Part shown: one piece after another, positions 6,370 through 15,100 of the stretch
How positions within the stretch are numbered: position 1 is the stretch's first letter
How the letters are laid out: each line of letters begins with the position of its first letter
IMG/VR virus record: IMGVR_UViG_3300044448_002764
Span: 1-42,641 of that record
Source of the DNA: a virus
Lineage: Duplodnaviria > Caudoviricetes
Reading direction: 5' to 3' (one strand)
DNA: 42,641 nt
The notes under the pieces: generated by a model
What the model saw: only the letters and a program-made list of their open reading frames with translations
What the model was told of the DNA's origin: nothing
The model's database searches: none
Made by a program: the position numbers and the translations under genes

Positions 6370-7017
6370 ATGAGTAAACCAGAGATAACTATCGATGCAT
6401 TAAATATGCTTAGTAAGTTTGAAAAGGATTTATTTTCTAAACATAGAAACATAAGTGCTGAAAAGACACCCAAACACTATGTTAAGAGAAGACCTGATGG
6501 TTTAGACTATGTAGAAGAGTCTTACATGAGAGAAAAACTTAACGAGCATTATCCCTTATGGTCTTGGGTTATTAGTAAAACCGAGTTCCTTGGGGCAGAA
6601 TGGTGCATAGTTAGTGGAGAACTGCAAGTCGCTATTGATGGTGCAGTGAGAAAGTTTGGCTCAGTTGGGGCTGCTAGGGTTCAATTCAAAAGAGGGCAAC
6701 CACACACAGCTGAAAATGTTATAGATATAGATAAGAATCTTGCAAGTGCAAATACAAATGCATTTAAAAGAGCAATAAGCAGATTATGTAATATCGCTGA
6801 TGATGTTTATAGGAAGCATGTTGAAGATGTATCTCTAACAGACAAACAAGAGGAAACTATATCGCAATATCTAAATGGCGTTGATAGTAAGGTTGTTAAT
6901 CAAGTTAATAAAGGTGTCAAAGAGGGGAGTATAACATCTCAAAACTTTGATGCTACTATTAGAAGGTTGATTACAATAAGAGAAGATAATAATCTAAGTA
7001 AAATAAAGGAAAGCTAA
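6370..7017 (+). CDS. Sak/Rad52-like single-strand annealing protein
   Basis: RPDGLDYVE…LNE…WSW…ASANTNAFKRA…IADDVY; lies between the exonuclease and SSB. Confidence 0.8.
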   Translation: MSKPEITIDALNMLSKFEKDLFSKHRNISAEKTPKHYVKRRPDGLDYVEESYMREKLNEHYPLWSWVISKTEFLGAEWCIVSGELQVAIDGAVRKFGSVGAARVQFKRGQPHTAENVIDIDKNLASANTNAFKRAISRLCNIADDVYRKHVEDVSLTDKQEETISQYLNGVDSKVVNQVNKGVKEGSITSQNFDATIRRLITIREDNNLSKIKES

Positions 7018-7018
7018 T

Positions 7019-7336
7019 ATGAAGAAAGCGGTCGTAAAAGAAAGTAAGACAGAAAATGTGAAAGACAAGGTTACTAAAACTACTAAAATAAAATATTCAG
7101 TAGCAGAAAAACTTTGGGAACAACAAGGTCTTTCAAAAGAGAGTTTAAATGAAGCGATTCTAAAAGGATTGGTCTCAAGACCTTCCCACATGAGGACACT
7201 CTTAACACCAGAGCAAATGAAGCTAGTTGATTTGTTTAACAATGCATTAAAGAAAAATGGATTTGAAACAATGTCTAATTTCAAAGGAGAGTTAGTTAAA
7301 CCAGTGATAAAGTTCACTAAAATAAAAGGAAAATAA
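7019..7336 (+). CDS. Hypothetical basic protein
   Basis: ORF track; AAGGA SD. Confidence 0.7.
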   Translation: MKKAVVKESKTENVKDKVTKTTKIKYSVAEKLWEQQGLSKESLNEAILKGLVSRPSHMRTLLTPEQMKLVDLFNNALKKNGFETMSNFKGELVKPVIKFTKIKGK

Positions 7337-7339
7337 GTT

Positions 7340-7930
7340 ATGAGTAAAAATTACTTTGATGCTTCTTTAAGTGGGGATAGGAAACTTGTTGAAGGTATAT
7401 ATCCTACCCATGTTATAGAGGTCAACATAAAAGAAGACATAGCAATTCGTGGAAAGAATCTAGCAACTATATACAATTTGAAAGTTAAGGTTGCTGATGA
7501 AGCCAAAACACATACCTTTACATCTGAAGATGGTCAAGGATTTTCTGGACAAGTGTATGTCGGAAAAGAAATATATGCACAAGGCGTATTCTTCTTTACA
7601 CATCCAGAGAAACCAGAGCATTCTCATCTATCTGCCAATCCAGGAGGAAACGAAAAGTATTTTGAGTTTTGTCAAATGCTTGGAGTGGAATGTCCAGAGG
7701 AGGAGATTGAGGTTGCATCTGGGAATGAGGTTGTTAAGAAAAAAGTTCCAGTTTTAAGAGCGTTAACAGAAGATGATATACTAGGGAAACCTTTATTATC
7801 TTGTGTAGGCTCTGTAAGCTGGGAAGACAAAGGTACTGGAGAAAGAAAGAGTACTATGAAAGTCAAAGATTATCAGCCTTGGAAGGCAGGAAATACATTA
7901 GATGTTGAAGTCGATGATTTGCCTTTCTAG
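7340..7930 (+). CDS. Phage single-stranded DNA-binding protein (OB-fold, DUF669-like)
   Basis: LVEGIYP start motif and acidic C-terminal tail DDLPF; sits in the recombination module. Confidence 0.75.
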   Translation: MSKNYFDASLSGDRKLVEGIYPTHVIEVNIKEDIAIRGKNLATIYNLKVKVADEAKTHTFTSEDGQGFSGQVYVGKEIYAQGVFFFTHPEKPEHSHLSANPGGNEKYFEFCQMLGVECPEEEIEVASGNEVVKKKVPVLRALTEDDILGKPLLSCVGSVSWEDKGTGERKSTMKVKDYQPWKAGNTLDVEVDDLPF

Positions 7931-7950
7931 ATAAACAGCAAAAGGTTTTT

Positions 7951-8052
7951 CCACGATGCGTGGTGTTTTCCTAAGTGAATAATAAACATAATAGGCAAGC
8001 AAGCGAAGTGTGCCAGGCTATAAAATAAACACTGGAGGTGGTAGGATTCATT
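7951..8052 (+). other. GC-elevated, self-complementary intergenic element
   Basis: CCACG-ATG-CGTGG, GTGTTT/AAACAC, CCTA/TAGG and GGCA/TGCC pairings. Confidence 0.35.
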
Positions 8053-8071
8053 TAAAATTTAGGGGATAGAT

Positions 8072-8209
8072 ATGATTACAATGAGAATGGTAGGCGAAAA
8101 AGAATTTTTTGATAAAGCAAAAGAACTTAATAGATTTCTAACAAACGAAGAGAGAAGACTTGTAGTTGAAGTTATGAAGGCAATGATAAAATCAAGAGAG
8201 GAAGAATAG
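8072..8209 (+). CDS. Hypothetical protein (45 aa)
   Basis: Hand-translated MITMRMVGEKEFFDKAKELNRFL…; AGGGG SD. Confidence 0.6.
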   Translation: MITMRMVGEKEFFDKAKELNRFLTNEERRLVVEVMKAMIKSREEE

Positions 8210-8337
8210 TGAAAAATAGAAGGCTTAAAATAGATTTAGCATTATTCTTTCATTCATTTGGAGTTAGGGCTAAGACAGTATGTAGGTTATTTAATGTAGC
8301 ACCAGCAACATTTTATAGGCATAGAAAGAGTGGATAG
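8209..8337 (+). CDS. Small helix-turn-helix protein (42 aa, Hin/resolvase-type HTH)
   Basis: GTG start; GVRAKTVCRLFNVAPATFYRH; GAGGA SD; coupled at both ends. Confidence 0.7.
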   Translation: MKNRRLKIDLALFFHSFGVRAKTVCRLFNVAPATFYRHRKSG

Positions 8338-8749
8338 GAAATGGATATGTCCTTCATGTGGGTGGGTAGACCCTTTAACAACCAATAGTGTAAAGAAGAA
8401 GACATATAAAATAATAGAAGAATTAAAGAGAGATAGACCAGAGGTAACCATGTCTCTACTCAAAAAGATAATGACATTAATGAGAAAGCATGTCTATCTA
8501 GGCAAAGATTACTATCATGAAGAATATAAATTTGTATGTGGTGTAAAGCAATTTCCAGACAGAGTTATTAGTCATTCAGTTAGATGGTTTATATCAGAAG
8601 AAAAACATTTGAGAGGAACAGCGTATAGTTATCTTCTTGGAATAATGAGAAGAGAGATGAGTAGATTAGAGGCTATGAAAGAGTATGAGCGTAAATATGA
8701 AGAAAAACAGCCTCCTAAATTAAGGAAAGTAAATGAGAAAAATAGTTGA
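8330..8749 (+). CDS. Zn-ribbon protein, possible replication initiator or helicase loader (DnaD-like YxxGI motif)
   Basis: CPSCG at the N-terminus; YSYLLGIMRR near the C-terminus; upstream of dnaB. Function is inferred. Confidence 0.5.
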   Translation: MDRKWICPSCGWVDPLTTNSVKKKTYKIIEELKRDRPEVTMSLLKKIMTLMRKHVYLGKDYYHEEYKFVCGVKQFPDRVISHSVRWFISEEKHLRGTAYSYLLGIMRREMSRLEAMKEYERKYEEKQPPKLRKVNEKNS

Positions 8750-9620
8750 TAAAGGGAGATTAGAATGTCCTGTACTATTAAAATGGGTAGGTGGGAAATA
8801 TTATATGTCAAAAGATTTGATACCAATGTTTCCAGAACACGCAACATATATTGAACCATTTTTTGGTGGAGGAAGTGTCTTCTTTAGAAAAAACAAAGCA
8901 TTGTATAATGTTGTTAATGATATCAATAGAGATTTAATCAATCTTTATCTATGTGTGGCAAACAAAGATACACTAGAAAAGTTTAGAGATTATAGTAAAT
9001 GGTTATTGTCATCAAGAACATTATATGATTTAGCAGACAAAGTATATTTAGATAAAGAAATGGAATTAGAAAAAGTTGGTAAAGATTATGAGAGAGCTGC
9101 TTTGTATATGTTTTATATGAGGAGTGCATTCAATGGAACTCATGGAGCAGGATTTGCAGTGAGAAAACAATATGCACAACCTTGGAATCATAGAATATTA
9201 CAAGTGCTTGATGCTTCACATTCTAAATTAGATGGAGCAGTTATAGAGTGTATGGACTTTTTTAAATTTGTAGATAAGTATGAGGATGTACCTAATTCAT
9301 TTTGGTATTTAGACCCTCCATATGTAGTAGCAGATACTAAAAAGTATTATGAGTTTAACTTTAACAAGCAACTACATGATGATATGTTAGATTGTATGGT
9401 TAGGTTAGATAAAGCTGGTGCAAAATTCATGATAAGCTACGATGCAATTGACTGGCTTATTGAAATTTATGAAGAAAAGGGGTTTATTTGCGACTTTATT
9501 GAATGTGTATACTATTCCACAGGTAAGAAAAATCAAAAGGTAAAAGAGGTAAAAGAACTAATAATAACTAATTATAAAATAAAACGCTCGGAAGAGCAGA
9601 TAGGATTGTTCAATGGATAA
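8733..9620 (+). CDS. dam: DNA adenine methyltransferase (Dam/D12 family)
   Basis: KWVGGK, YIEPFFGGGSVF, NDIN, YLDPPY, FMISY, ELIITNY. Confidence 0.93.
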   Translation: MRKIVDKGRLECPVLLKWVGGKYYMSKDLIPMFPEHATYIEPFFGGGSVFFRKNKALYNVVNDINRDLINLYLCVANKDTLEKFRDYSKWLLSSRTLYDLADKVYLDKEMELEKVGKDYERAALYMFYMRSAFNGTHGAGFAVRKQYAQPWNHRILQVLDASHSKLDGAVIECMDFFKFVDKYEDVPNSFWYLDPPYVVADTKKYYEFNFNKQLHDDMLDCMVRLDKAGAKFMISYDAIDWLIEIYEEKGFICDFIECVYYSTGKKNQKVKEVKELIITNYKIKRSEEQIGLFNG

Positions 9621-10926
9621 GGTAGGAGTTCCTCCACATTCGGTGGAAACTGAAGAGGCTGTTCTTGGATGTTTGATAGCAGATTCAAAAGTATTTGATA
9701 ATGTTTCTGCCTATGTAAAGATTCCAGATGTTTTCTATGTAACAAAGCATCAGATGTTATTTAAAAAGATAGTAGGTATGGTTAAGAAAAATGAACTTGT
9801 AGATGCAACAACAATATCAGCATCACTAACAAAGAAGGAGAAAGAGAACAATATAAGTGCTTATTGGATTACAAGTTTGACATCTAATGCACCGTCCTCT
9901 ACAAATTCTGAATATTACTCAAGAATTTTATATGAGAAATATTTACTAAGAAGTTTAATAGATAAGACGAGAGGGATAACTGAGTCTGCGTTTGAAAGCA
10001 ATGCAGACATATATCAGTTTCTAGAGTCAACCTATTCTCAGATAGGAGAAGCAATAAGGGTCAGACCTGGAGAAGATTTCGATATTGATAATCTATTAGA
10101 AGACACGATAATAAATTTAAGTGATAATGATAACACAATATGCACAGGGTTTAGAGATATAGATGAGTTAACTGGTGGCATGACTAGAGGGGAGATAACC
10201 ATAATTGGAGGAAGGCCATCTCATGGTAAAACAACCCTTGCAATGAATATTGTTTCAAACATTATTAATGGCAGGAAACATAAAGTTTGTTTTATTAATA
10301 GAGAGATGACAAATATAGAGATGATGAATAAATTAATGGTTCTTGAATCTGGAAATGTGTCATACAAAATGCTTAGAAAAAGAGCATTGACTAAGAAAGA
10401 TTTTGAAGAGATTGAAAGAACAAAAGAAACTATAAAAGAAAAATATAATTCTGATAAGTTTGTTATGTTTGATAATATAAGAGATTTTGCAACATCTTCA
10501 TCTCAAATTAAAAAGTTTTGCCCAGATGTTATAGTTGATGACTATGTGCAATTAATACAACCAGTGACAGAAACAAAGGATAGAAGACTTCAAATAGAAG
10601 AAATAGTTAATAGTTATAAATGGATAGCAAAAGAATTAAATTGTGTTGTCATACTTGTATCTCAACTTAATCGTTCTATAGAAACAAGAGTTAATCCCAA
10701 ACCTAGAATGTCAGACCTTGCAGAGAGTGGTAGCTTAGAGCAAGCGGCTGAAAATATATTGTTTGTTTATTATGATTATAAAGTACATTATGAAGAATCT
10801 GAGAAAGGAAAAGATGTAATAGAGGTCATAGCAAGTAAAGTAAGGTATGGGGAAAGCGGCTCTGTAGATATGAAATACAATGGAGATAAATGTTCCTTTG
10901 AATCAGAAGAGTTAATACCATATTAA
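9613..10926 (+). CDS. dnaB: Replicative DNA helicase
   Basis: PPHSVETEEAVLG, TGFRDID, GGRPSHGKT, DDYVQL, SQLNR, PRMSDLAESGSLEQAA, KVRYG. Confidence 0.96.
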   Translation: MDKVGVPPHSVETEEAVLGCLIADSKVFDNVSAYVKIPDVFYVTKHQMLFKKIVGMVKKNELVDATTISASLTKKEKENNISAYWITSLTSNAPSSTNSEYYSRILYEKYLLRSLIDKTRGITESAFESNADIYQFLESTYSQIGEAIRVRPGEDFDIDNLLEDTIINLSDNDNTICTGFRDIDELTGGMTRGEITIIGGRPSHGKTTLAMNIVSNIINGRKHKVCFINREMTNIEMMNKLMVLESGNVSYKMLRKRALTKKDFEEIERTKETIKEKYNSDKFVMFDNIRDFATSSSQIKKFCPDVIVDDYVQLIQPVTETKDRRLQIEEIVNSYKWIAKELNCVVILVSQLNRSIETRVNPKPRMSDLAESGSLEQAAENILFVYYDYKVHYEESEKGKDVIEVIASKVRYGESGSVDMKYNGDKCSFESEELIPY

Positions 10927-10936
10927 AGGAGAAGAG

Positions 10937-11083
10937 ATGAAGCATATTAAAGATATAGAGGAAGCATATAAATTGTTAAAAGAGTGTAGAAATATTTTCA
11001 AAAGATTGAATGGAGATAGTGTAGTTATGTTAAAAGAAATGGAAAGAGTTAACAACAGAATAGATAGATTAATAGAAGATTAA
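10937..11083 (+). CDS. Hypothetical helical protein (48 aa)
   Basis: Hand-translated MKHIKDIEEAYKLLKECR…; AAGGAG SD. Confidence 0.65.
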   Translation: MKHIKDIEEAYKLLKECRNIFKRLNGDSVVMLKEMERVNNRIDRLIED

Positions 11084-11094
11084 TAATATTTATG

Positions 11095-11123
11095 TTGTTA
11101 ATTAATTTTATTTAGTTTATATT
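11095..11123 (+). promoter_or_regulatory. Sigma70-like promoter TTGTTA-N17-TATATT
   Basis: 17-nt spacer; same -10 as the promoter at 642. Confidence 0.5.
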
Positions 11124-11147
11124 ATTTTATTAGCTTTTTAAATATTA

Positions 11148-11214
11148 TGGGGAGTTTCATGGAATGCCCTCACTACCATACCATTCTACCTCTATTTAAC
11201 GATGGAGCTCCCCA
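11148..11214 (+). ncRNA. Candidate small RNA or leader: 13-bp stem with 41-nt C-rich loop
   Basis: TGGGGAGTTTCAT 11148-11160 pairs with ATGGAGCTCCCCA 11202-11214 using two G-U pairs, which favours the + strand as RNA. Confidence 0.55.
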
Positions 11215-11229
11215 GTAAATTGGAGAAAT

Positions 11230-11412
11230 ATGAGACCAATATTTCACGAAATAGGACATTTTTATATAACAGGAGATGGTAAAAAGTTTCTTGATTTAGA
11301 TGAAGCGAAGTCCTATCAAAGTAAACTAGAAAGAAAGGAAGTAAATGAAAGTAAAGAACTCAAAGAGGATACACGCCCTAGCCCTTACTCCCCAAAAAAA
11401 CAGAGTAATTGA
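11230..11412 (+). CDS. Hypothetical protein (60 aa)
   Basis: GGAG SD; YITGDGKKFL…EA pattern. Confidence 0.65.
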   Translation: MRPIFHEIGHFYITGDGKKFLDLDEAKSYQSKLERKEVNESKELKEDTRPSPYSPKKQSN

Positions 11413-11533
11413 AGCACTAAGAGAGGGTGCAAAAAGCAGAAAAATGTTTGATGACCCAAAGGATAGACCTTCAAATGATAGATATAAAAAACTAAAAGCA
11501 TTTAGAGATGGGTGGTTTAGAAGTGGCGAATAA
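11345..11533 (+). CDS. Hypothetical basic protein (62 aa)
   Basis: ORF track; AAGGA SD; overlaps the previous ORF by 68 nt. Confidence 0.55.
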   Translation: MKVKNSKRIHALALTPQKNRVIEALREGAKSRKMFDDPKDRPSNDRYKKLKAFRDGWFRSGE

Positions 11534-11738
11534 AAAGAAGACATCTAAAGAATTAGAATCCATGATATATAAACTAGCTACGAATACAGAGTATTTAACT
11601 GGAGTTGTTATGAGTTCAGCGGCTATGTTTAATGACTACCTTATATATAAAGGAGATGTTGAGAAGTTTAAATCTTGGGCTCAAGACCAAATAGATAAGA
11701 AGAAAAAAATAAAACAATTAAAACAAGATGCAAAATAA
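11523..11738 (+). CDS. Hypothetical protein (YLIYKGD motif)
   Basis: Likely GTG start at 11523 (track start 11508). Confidence 0.65.
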   Translation: MANKKKTSKELESMIYKLATNTEYLTGVVMSSAAMFNDYLIYKGDVEKFKSWAQDQIDKKKKIKQLKQDAK

Positions 11739-12186
11739 AGTATATGTAGGAATAGACCCAGGAATAAGTGGAGGTGTTTGTGTTATAGATAGAGATGGGA
11801 ATGCGAACGCAATAGCATGTCCCAAAACACCAATGTTAATGGGAGAAGAATTATTTGGTATGCTACCTAATGATGGAACTGAAGTTGTTGGAGTTATAGA
11901 GCATGTCCATGCTTTCCCAACAGACGGTCGTTCATCTGCATTTAAATTTGGAAGAAACTTTGGACAATGGGAAGGGATACTTTCTGAAATGAATGTCCCA
12001 TATACTCTTGTCACTCCTTATACATGGCAAAAACATTTTGAATGCCCTAAATTCGATACTAAAAAACTAAGAAAAAGATGGCTTAAAACTCATGCAGAAG
12101 AATTATATCCACAGATAAAGGTCACTTTTAAAGTTTCTGATTCTATATTGATTGCTAGATATTGTATGGATAAAGATTCTATCTAG
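11728..12186 (+). CDS. ruvC: RuvC-like Holliday junction resolvase
   Basis: VGIDPGISGG, VIEHV, SAFKFGRNFG, VTPYTWQK, SDSILIA. Confidence 0.88.
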   Translation: MQNKVYVGIDPGISGGVCVIDRDGNANAIACPKTPMLMGEELFGMLPNDGTEVVGVIEHVHAFPTDGRSSAFKFGRNFGQWEGILSEMNVPYTLVTPYTWQKHFECPKFDTKKLRKRWLKTHAEELYPQIKVTFKVSDSILIARYCMDKDSI

Positions 12187-15100
12187 GTTGAATTCTTTGA
12201 AGTTTGTCTAACTCTATAAACTCTTTTAAATCTGAAATAAATAAATCGTTTTTATTATACTTTCTTATTGCCCCATCTAAAAGTTGTAATCTCTTCATAT
12301 AATACTCTTCTGTTTCGTTTATTTGCAAGAAAACATCTGGGTTGGTTTTCTTAACATGAAGCATAAACTCATTATACTTTGATATAATTTTACCACCTCT
12401 ATCATTTAATGCAAGGTCAACAGGTCTAAATCTTTTAACAGAACCAATGATTTCATTATGTGCATCTATATATGCTTGTGCAAATTGATTTCCATTGCTT
12501 CCAGTATATTGATTTGATTCTTTATACTGATGTGTTAATTGCATAACCGAACTCCAAAACGCATTAGCCATTTCCTGTTCATTTCCAGTATAGAATGCAT
12601 CCTGTAAATCTTTTTGAAATTTATGTCTTTCTGTATAAACCTCTCTATAATATTTATTATCTTCCCAAGAGGCTGGGTCTCTATTCTTAGAATAAAAATC
12701 AACATACTTTCTTATCTGTTTATGATTGACTAAGTATCTATGCTCTGGTTTAGTTGATATCTTGTTTTGATAAACTTTCTCTGCATGATTAAAAAACACT
12801 ATTGTATCTTTTAGATAGTCTTCAAAAGCCCTATCCTTTCTTTCATTTCCTGTAGTAAGTTTTATAATAAGAGATGTGAAGTCCTGTATTTGTCTGAAAA
12901 TCGCAACCTCATCTAATAACCCCCCAGCTTCTCCATTGAAATCTTCAACAACATTTGTAAATGGACCAAGTATTTCCATTGTAAATCCATTCTCAATTAT
13001 CTCTGCATACTGTCTATCTTTATCTGCAATCTCAGTTCCACTTATTCTTCCTAATATGTTTTTATATAATCCATTCATTACCTCTCCACCAACAAGAGAT
13101 GACGATATATATCTAAGCATTGGAAAAGGATTTCCTCCAGCTAAAGGTTTATAAACATTGTTATGTACATTTACTCCTGCTCTATAAGCCATCCTATAAA
13201 ACAAGGTCATACTCCTCCCAGTTTTTCCAGAAGACCATAATGGTAGAAATGCTGGAGATGTAGCACCTTGAGTATTTATATGTGAATAGTGTGCAATCTT
13301 TTTATTAATGTTAATAATATTTTGTGCTTGACCAGAACTAACAACAGATGGATTTCTTGAATCTAATCCGTATCTTTCAATCAATCTTATATCTTTTTCG
13401 CCTAATTGAAAAGTATTCCTAAATAAATCATATGCATAATCTTTTGTCATAATTTTTCTTAAAGCCGCTGATGCTGTTTTATTTTGTAATACATAGGCTG
13501 CATTTTGAGAAACATAATGACCAGCAGCTACAGACCGTATTCTGTTTGCGTTTTCAGCTATCGTCATTAGTCCAGGATTATACTTAGTTATCTTTCCACT
13601 TAATCCAGCGTCTTTCCATAAAGTTCCACCAACCTCAAATGCATTAACTTTGTTAGCAAGATTCCACATCTTAGGGTCAATTAATGCTGTATAACTTCTC
13701 ATCAACCCTCTAAAACCATAAGCAGTAAAGTTATGTACATCTGCTAATAACCAGTTTTTCATTCCAGTAAATGGAGATGTTAAACCAGTCCATCCAACAT
13801 ATGCAGTTACAGATTTTAATCCTCTATACCAAGGGTCATTAAGCAAATCTCTATCTCCAAGCAATTGTTTTTTGATAGTTCTTTCTGAGTATTGTTGAAG
13901 TTTTTGACTAACCTTTCCCATATCATTTAATATGTTTTTTGCATACCCCTCTCCTTGAGAAGGCATTTTTATACCATATTTATTTTTTAACATTCTGTCT
14001 ACATTTGTATAATCTCTAAAATGTTTTATTGTAGATACATAATGTGACATTCTTTGAGTGTAAGTTTCAACATTTTGAAATGATGTATCAAATATTTTTA
14101 TTTCTTTCATCTTTTTATTTCCAAGCATGTCTGTAACTTGCATCTCCATAACATTGGGAAGTTTTGCTTTTCTAGTCATATCAAAATTAACATTAAATAA
14201 AACATTGTCATATGAGTTTCCATTTACAATATCATTAATAACTGAACCTGCACTAGATTTTAATTCTTGTTGAGATAGTCTTTGATTTTTTGGTAATTTT
14301 AAATTTTCTGCTTCAAGTTGTTTTAATATATTATATTCAAGTTTATCTTTGAATCCAAATTTATTTGATATAGCCCATTTTCTAGCCTCTGGAGTTAATA
14401 CTCTTTGAACATAATCTTCTACATATCTGTCTTTTCTTAATTTTTTTCTAACCTTATCTCTTAACCCTTTTGTTTTTAAGGGCTTTACAACGGCCTCTAC
14501 CCATTGGTCAAACAATGAATTCATCATATCTTGATACTTTTCTTTTGCTTTATAAGCTTTTGAATCTTTATTGGGAGCGAGATAATCTGCATCTCCTTTT
14601 CTTCCACGACCATTAGCATCTCTATACCATTTCTTTTCTTTTGTAGACAACTTATCATATGAAAACATTTCTTTATTATGAAGTTTTGTAACCATATCTA
14701 ATTCTGTTGTATTCAATCCAAGTCCATTTAACTTGCTTGTCATCTGTCTTCTGTAATAGTTTCCAGTTGCTTTCTGTGTTACACTATCAAAGAAGTGGGC
14801 ATACAATTTTTCTGAAACAATTTTTCCAGGTCCACCTCCAAATTTTTCAATAACTTTTGCAGAAGGAAGTGCCATCTTTGTAAAGAAACCTAATTTGTCA
14901 AACTCTTTTACTCCAAGTTTTTTCACAACTTCTTTTCTAATAATAGAATCAGAAGCCTTGTCCCTTAATGATAACTCAGCATTCTTCTCAACCCATTTTT
15001 TATAATTATATAAATCTTTAGGAGATGCCTTAGATAAATCTCCATCAACAATACCAAGAGTTCTTCTTAAATGTTGAACAACTTGTTCTTTTAATCCAAG

